Of a stretch of 64,000 nucleotides of DNA, positions 60,462 to 64,000 are shown in pieces. Positions within the stretch are counted from its first letter, which is position 1, and every line of letters begins with the position of its first letter. The translations under genes and the position numbers were made by a program. The notes below the pieces were generated by a model. That model worked only from the letters and a program-made list of their open reading frames with translations, was not told the DNA's origin and did not search any database. Source of the stretch: Mobula hypostoma (Eukaryota); the NCBI RefSeq assembly GCF_963921235.1, contig NC_086097.1:116438001-116502000 (forward strand). The letters run 5' to 3'.

Positions 60462-60942
60462 AGTTCTGAACAATTGGATTACAGATTATTAGAGTTATTG
60501 TGGGACTTCACTGATGTTTAATTATTGGGAACAACTTCCTTCTGCAGAAGTATAAGGGCAACAAAAGTTTCTGATTTATTCTTAGGATATGCACTGCACA
60601 GGTAAAGCCTTCAATTCTTGTCCAACCATATCTGAGATGGAGAGGCTGATTTGGTTGATTTATAACATCAGCCTTTTATTTTTAGTCTCTTTCAAAGCTG
60701 CATTCAAATTACCATATTGAGATTTAATTCAGTGCTTTCCTGATTATTAATCCAATTCTCACAATTACTATCAACTGGATTGTTAGAATCTCATGCTGAG
60801 AATGAGAATTTATATCCTTCTTGATGATTGAAAGAGATAAATTATGCACCTTTGACTTTTGTAATGGGGGTCAGACCTTACAGTTCTTCCACCAAACCAA
60901 AGACCGAGCTTCTTGACTGTGTTGGAGAACTTATCAGAAATA

Positions 60943-61081
60943 TCAGGTCCTGGTGAAAGCCCTTGGCCCAAAGTGTCAACTGGTTATTCATTTCCATAGA
61001 TGCTATCTGACCTGTTGAGTTCCTCCAGCATTTTGTGTGTTTTGCTCTGGATTTCCAACATCTGCAGAATCTTTTGTGTTT
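60943..61081 (+). mobile_element. PLE terminal repeat, degenerate
   Basis: GGTCCTGGTGAAAGCCCTTGGCCCAAAGTGTCAACTG...GAGTTCCTCCAGCATTTTGTGTG. Confidence 0.75.
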
Positions 61082-61119
61082 ACGTACAATTCACGTATGG
61101 GTTCAATAAATTCAGAAAC

Positions 61120-62228
61120 ACCTCTCTGATAATGAATCCTGGCATATGTGGCTGGGCATCAAGGGCATTACTGACTACCTGCAAGGAAAAACGGCACCAA
61201 CTATACCAGTGACGCCTCCCTCACCGGCACTCTAAGCAACATTTATGCACACTTCAGGACATGCAACACAACACCAGTCATGAAAGCTACCCTCCACCCA
61301 GGTGAATAGCTACTGTCTATTATAGAAATAGACATGAGAAGGACTCTGCAGAGAGTCAAGCCTTGCAAGATATCTGAGCCAGTCGTCACCCCAGGATGAG
61401 CACTCCAAGAGTGTTCACACCAGCACACAGACGTCTTCATAGACATCTTCAACACTTCACTCCAGGCTGCTGTGCCCACACGGTTCAAATCAGCCACCAT
61501 CATCCCTGCACCGAAGAATTTTACACTTTCTGAAGTAAATCAAAGCATGACCTGGTTAATTGGGGTCCCTGATGATAGATGCAGCTTTCCTATGGTAACA
61601 CTCCATGTGGATATGCTGAACGTTGGGGAATAATTTACCTCTGATGGACTGGGCCATATCCACTACTTTTTGCAGGATTTTTCATTCAGGGGTCCATACC
61701 AGGCTGCAATGCAGCCAGTCAATATACCCTCCATGACACACCTACAGAAGGTAGTCACTGTTATAGGTGTCATGCTGAATCTTGGCAAACTCCTAAGGAA
61801 GTAGAGGTGCTGCCATGCATCCTTTGTAATTGCACTTACTGTATATGCTGGGTCCGAGATAGGTCCCATTAAATGGTAACACTGAGGAATTTAGAGTTGA
61901 TAACCCTCTCCAACTCTGAGCCCCAATAAGGACTGACTCATGGTCCTCTGGTTTCCTCCCCCCGAAGTCAAATATAGCTTCTTGCTTTTGCTGATATCAA
62001 GTCAGAAGTTGTTGTTATGGCACCATTCAGCCAGGTTTTCAATCTCCCTCCTGAATGCTGATTCATCACCTCCTTTGATTCAGCCTATTACAGTAGTGTC
62101 ATCAGCAAACTTGAATACAGCATTGGAGCTGCGGTTAGCTTCACAGTCATGAGTGTAAAGTGAAAAGAGCACGGGACTAAGCACACAGCCTTGTGGTGTA
62201 CTTGTGCTGATGGAGATTGTGGATAGGA
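61120..62228. mobile_element. Rex1/Babar fragments (+ about 61120-61540; - about 61550-62228)
   Basis: STSTPQGCVLSPVLFSLYTHDC...FKFADDTTVIG; HLYFLRSLPRF. Confidence 0.85.
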
Positions 62229-62787
62229 TTTTGTCCTCTTTACCTTGGAAAAGAAAATACCTGAAAAACTTACAAAAGAGGACGCACCTCTTGAAGTGTT
62301 CACCCAAATGCAAATTAAAAGTCTCCCTATTATGGCAGAAGTGATCCAAACGGAAACCAGAAATGACCCCACACTGTTTCAGATCCACATAGAAACTCAA
62401 AATTTGCAGCAGAAGTTCCAGTTTCCCCATTTTTACCCTTCCTTATCATTTTGACTTTGACAGGGGTTGCCTTATGAGGGGATTGAGACAATATATACAC
62501 ATACACACACACACATATATCTCTAGATAGAGTATATATATGTTGAAATGCATTCTATAATTTGTTGGAGTTTCTAACTAAGCAAAGAGGAGTATTGTGT
62601 TTTGTAAATATATTGTTTAATTAAGCATTTTTTGTTTACATAGTTCATTACAGGTTATATATAAAACTACGTGAATGGCTTACGTCACCATCAGTACTTG
62701 CTTTACTGAAGTAAAACAAAACTAAGACATACATCTCCAGGCTTTTCTTTCAATTAGTTTTATATTTTGGAGTTACAAAACATAGCA
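62229..62787 (+). mobile_element. Gypsy remnant: pol RNase H-integrase linker, PPT and 3' LTR (about 62593-62787)
   Basis: QIKSLPIMAEVIQTETRNDPTL, DRGCLMRGLR; PPT AAGCAAAGAGGAG; LTR ends TATTGTGTTTTGTAA / TTACAAAACATAGCA. Confidence 0.75.
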
Positions 62788-62995
62788 GTTTCCTCTGGGT
62801 GCTTTGGTTTTGCTCCCACGTTCCAGAGATGTACAGTTAAAGTTAGCGAGTTGTGGGCTTGTTATGTTGGTGCTGGAAGCATTATGACTCTTGTGGGACG
62901 CCTTGCACAATCGTCAGTGATTTGGTTTGACGCAAATGGCATTTCACAGTACGTCTTGATGTACATGTGACAAATAAAGCTAATCTTTCTCTTTC
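62788..62995 (+). mobile_element. V-SINE (long-tail subfamily), head missing at the LTR junction
   Basis: GTTTCCTCTGGGTGCTTTGGTTTTGCTCCCAC...GATGTACATGTGACAAATAAAGCTAATCTT. Confidence 0.85.
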
Positions 62996-62999
62996 TCTT

Positions 63000-64000
63000 G
63001 ATTTGTGTCACCATTTAAATAATCTGCCTTTCTACGTTTCCAACCTAAGTAGATAATTTCATATTTAGCCACATTATATTCCATTTGCTATTCACTAAAT
63101 GTAAGTCTAAATCCTTTTGAATCCTCTTTGCAACTTCCTCACAATCCATAAAACCATTCAGTTTTATACAGATGAAGTTTCACAACATTTTACATTTAAT
63201 TCTCTCATCCAGATCATTGATATTTATTGCAAATAGCTGAATCCCCTCGACAGTCACTTCCCACCACCACATGAAAGACAATTTATTCCTTCTCTCTGTT
63301 TCCTATCTGACCAAGATTTGCAATTCATAGCTGTACATATTTACCAATCATGATGCTTTAATTTTGCACATTGCTCTCTTATGAGTGATGTTATCAAAGA
63401 ACTTCTAAAACCCAAGTACACCACATCCTCTGGTTTCCCCCATTTAGTTTATAATTACATCGTCAGAAAGCTTGACTAGCTTAGTCCAACATGACATTTT
63501 TCTTTGTAAATTCACACTCATCTTTTCTACTCCACACTCATCTTTTCCACTCCTGTGTTATTTTCTAAGTGTCCTGTTTTCTACATCATACATTGTCACA
63601 ACTTGCCTCGACTGATACTAGGCTAACTGCTGTGTTCCATTGTCTCTCCCAAAATATTTTTGAAATAGTGGACTTAAGTTTTCCATTCTGCGGACAGCAG
63701 GAGCTGTTCCAGAATGAAATAATTTTAGAAAATGGCTGTAAATGCACCTACTATTTCTACTCTTTCAATGCTCTTGAGGTATAGATTTCAGTCTCATTAA
63801 TTCTTTCAGCTCTACTTCTTGTTGTTAAATCTAATTTCCACCATTTTTTTTTCCGTTTCATTAGACTTTCGGTTCCTTTGCCTTTCTGGGATGTTGCTTA
63901 TGCGCTTATCCTTGAAGACTGAGCAAAAGTTATTATTTAGTTATTCTGCCATTTCTCCGAACCCCATTATAAATTCTCCTATCTCTGACTCTCTGATTGT
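63000..64000 (-). mobile_element. Old degenerate CR1 ORF2 fragment
   Basis: TTATCAAAGAACTTCTAAAACCCAAGTACACCACATCCTCTGGTTTCCC (reverse complement of a GKPEDVVYL...FDN sequence); order of motifs parallels other CR1 copies. Confidence 0.7.

Overview
This is repeat-dense eukaryotic DNA with no recognisable intact host protein-coding gene. The repeat mix (CR1, Rex1/Babar, V-SINEs, abundant short Penelope-type repeats) suggests a cartilaginous fish, probably a ray, but that is inference from family recognition, not a database search. Most of the window is nested, decayed transposable elements: CR1, Rex1/Babar, L1/Tx1, RTE and HERO-type LINEs, Penelope-like elements (PLEs), four LTR insertions, V-SINEs, a CORE-type SINE, and Tc1, Tigger and hAT DNA elements. 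The listed ORFs are TE fragments or chance ORFs. Main points of interest: (1) about ten PLE terminal repeats carry a minimal hammerhead-ribozyme motif, including one element with inverted repeats and a 13-bp TSD, plus fold-back derivatives; (2) all four copies of one V-SINE subfamily are interrupted or abutted by another retroelement, three of them LTR-type; (3) a strong 12-nt microexon candidate lies on the minus strand; (4) two local duplications are present, one giving a filled/empty MITE site pair. Element boundaries without a stated TSD are approximate (tens of bp).
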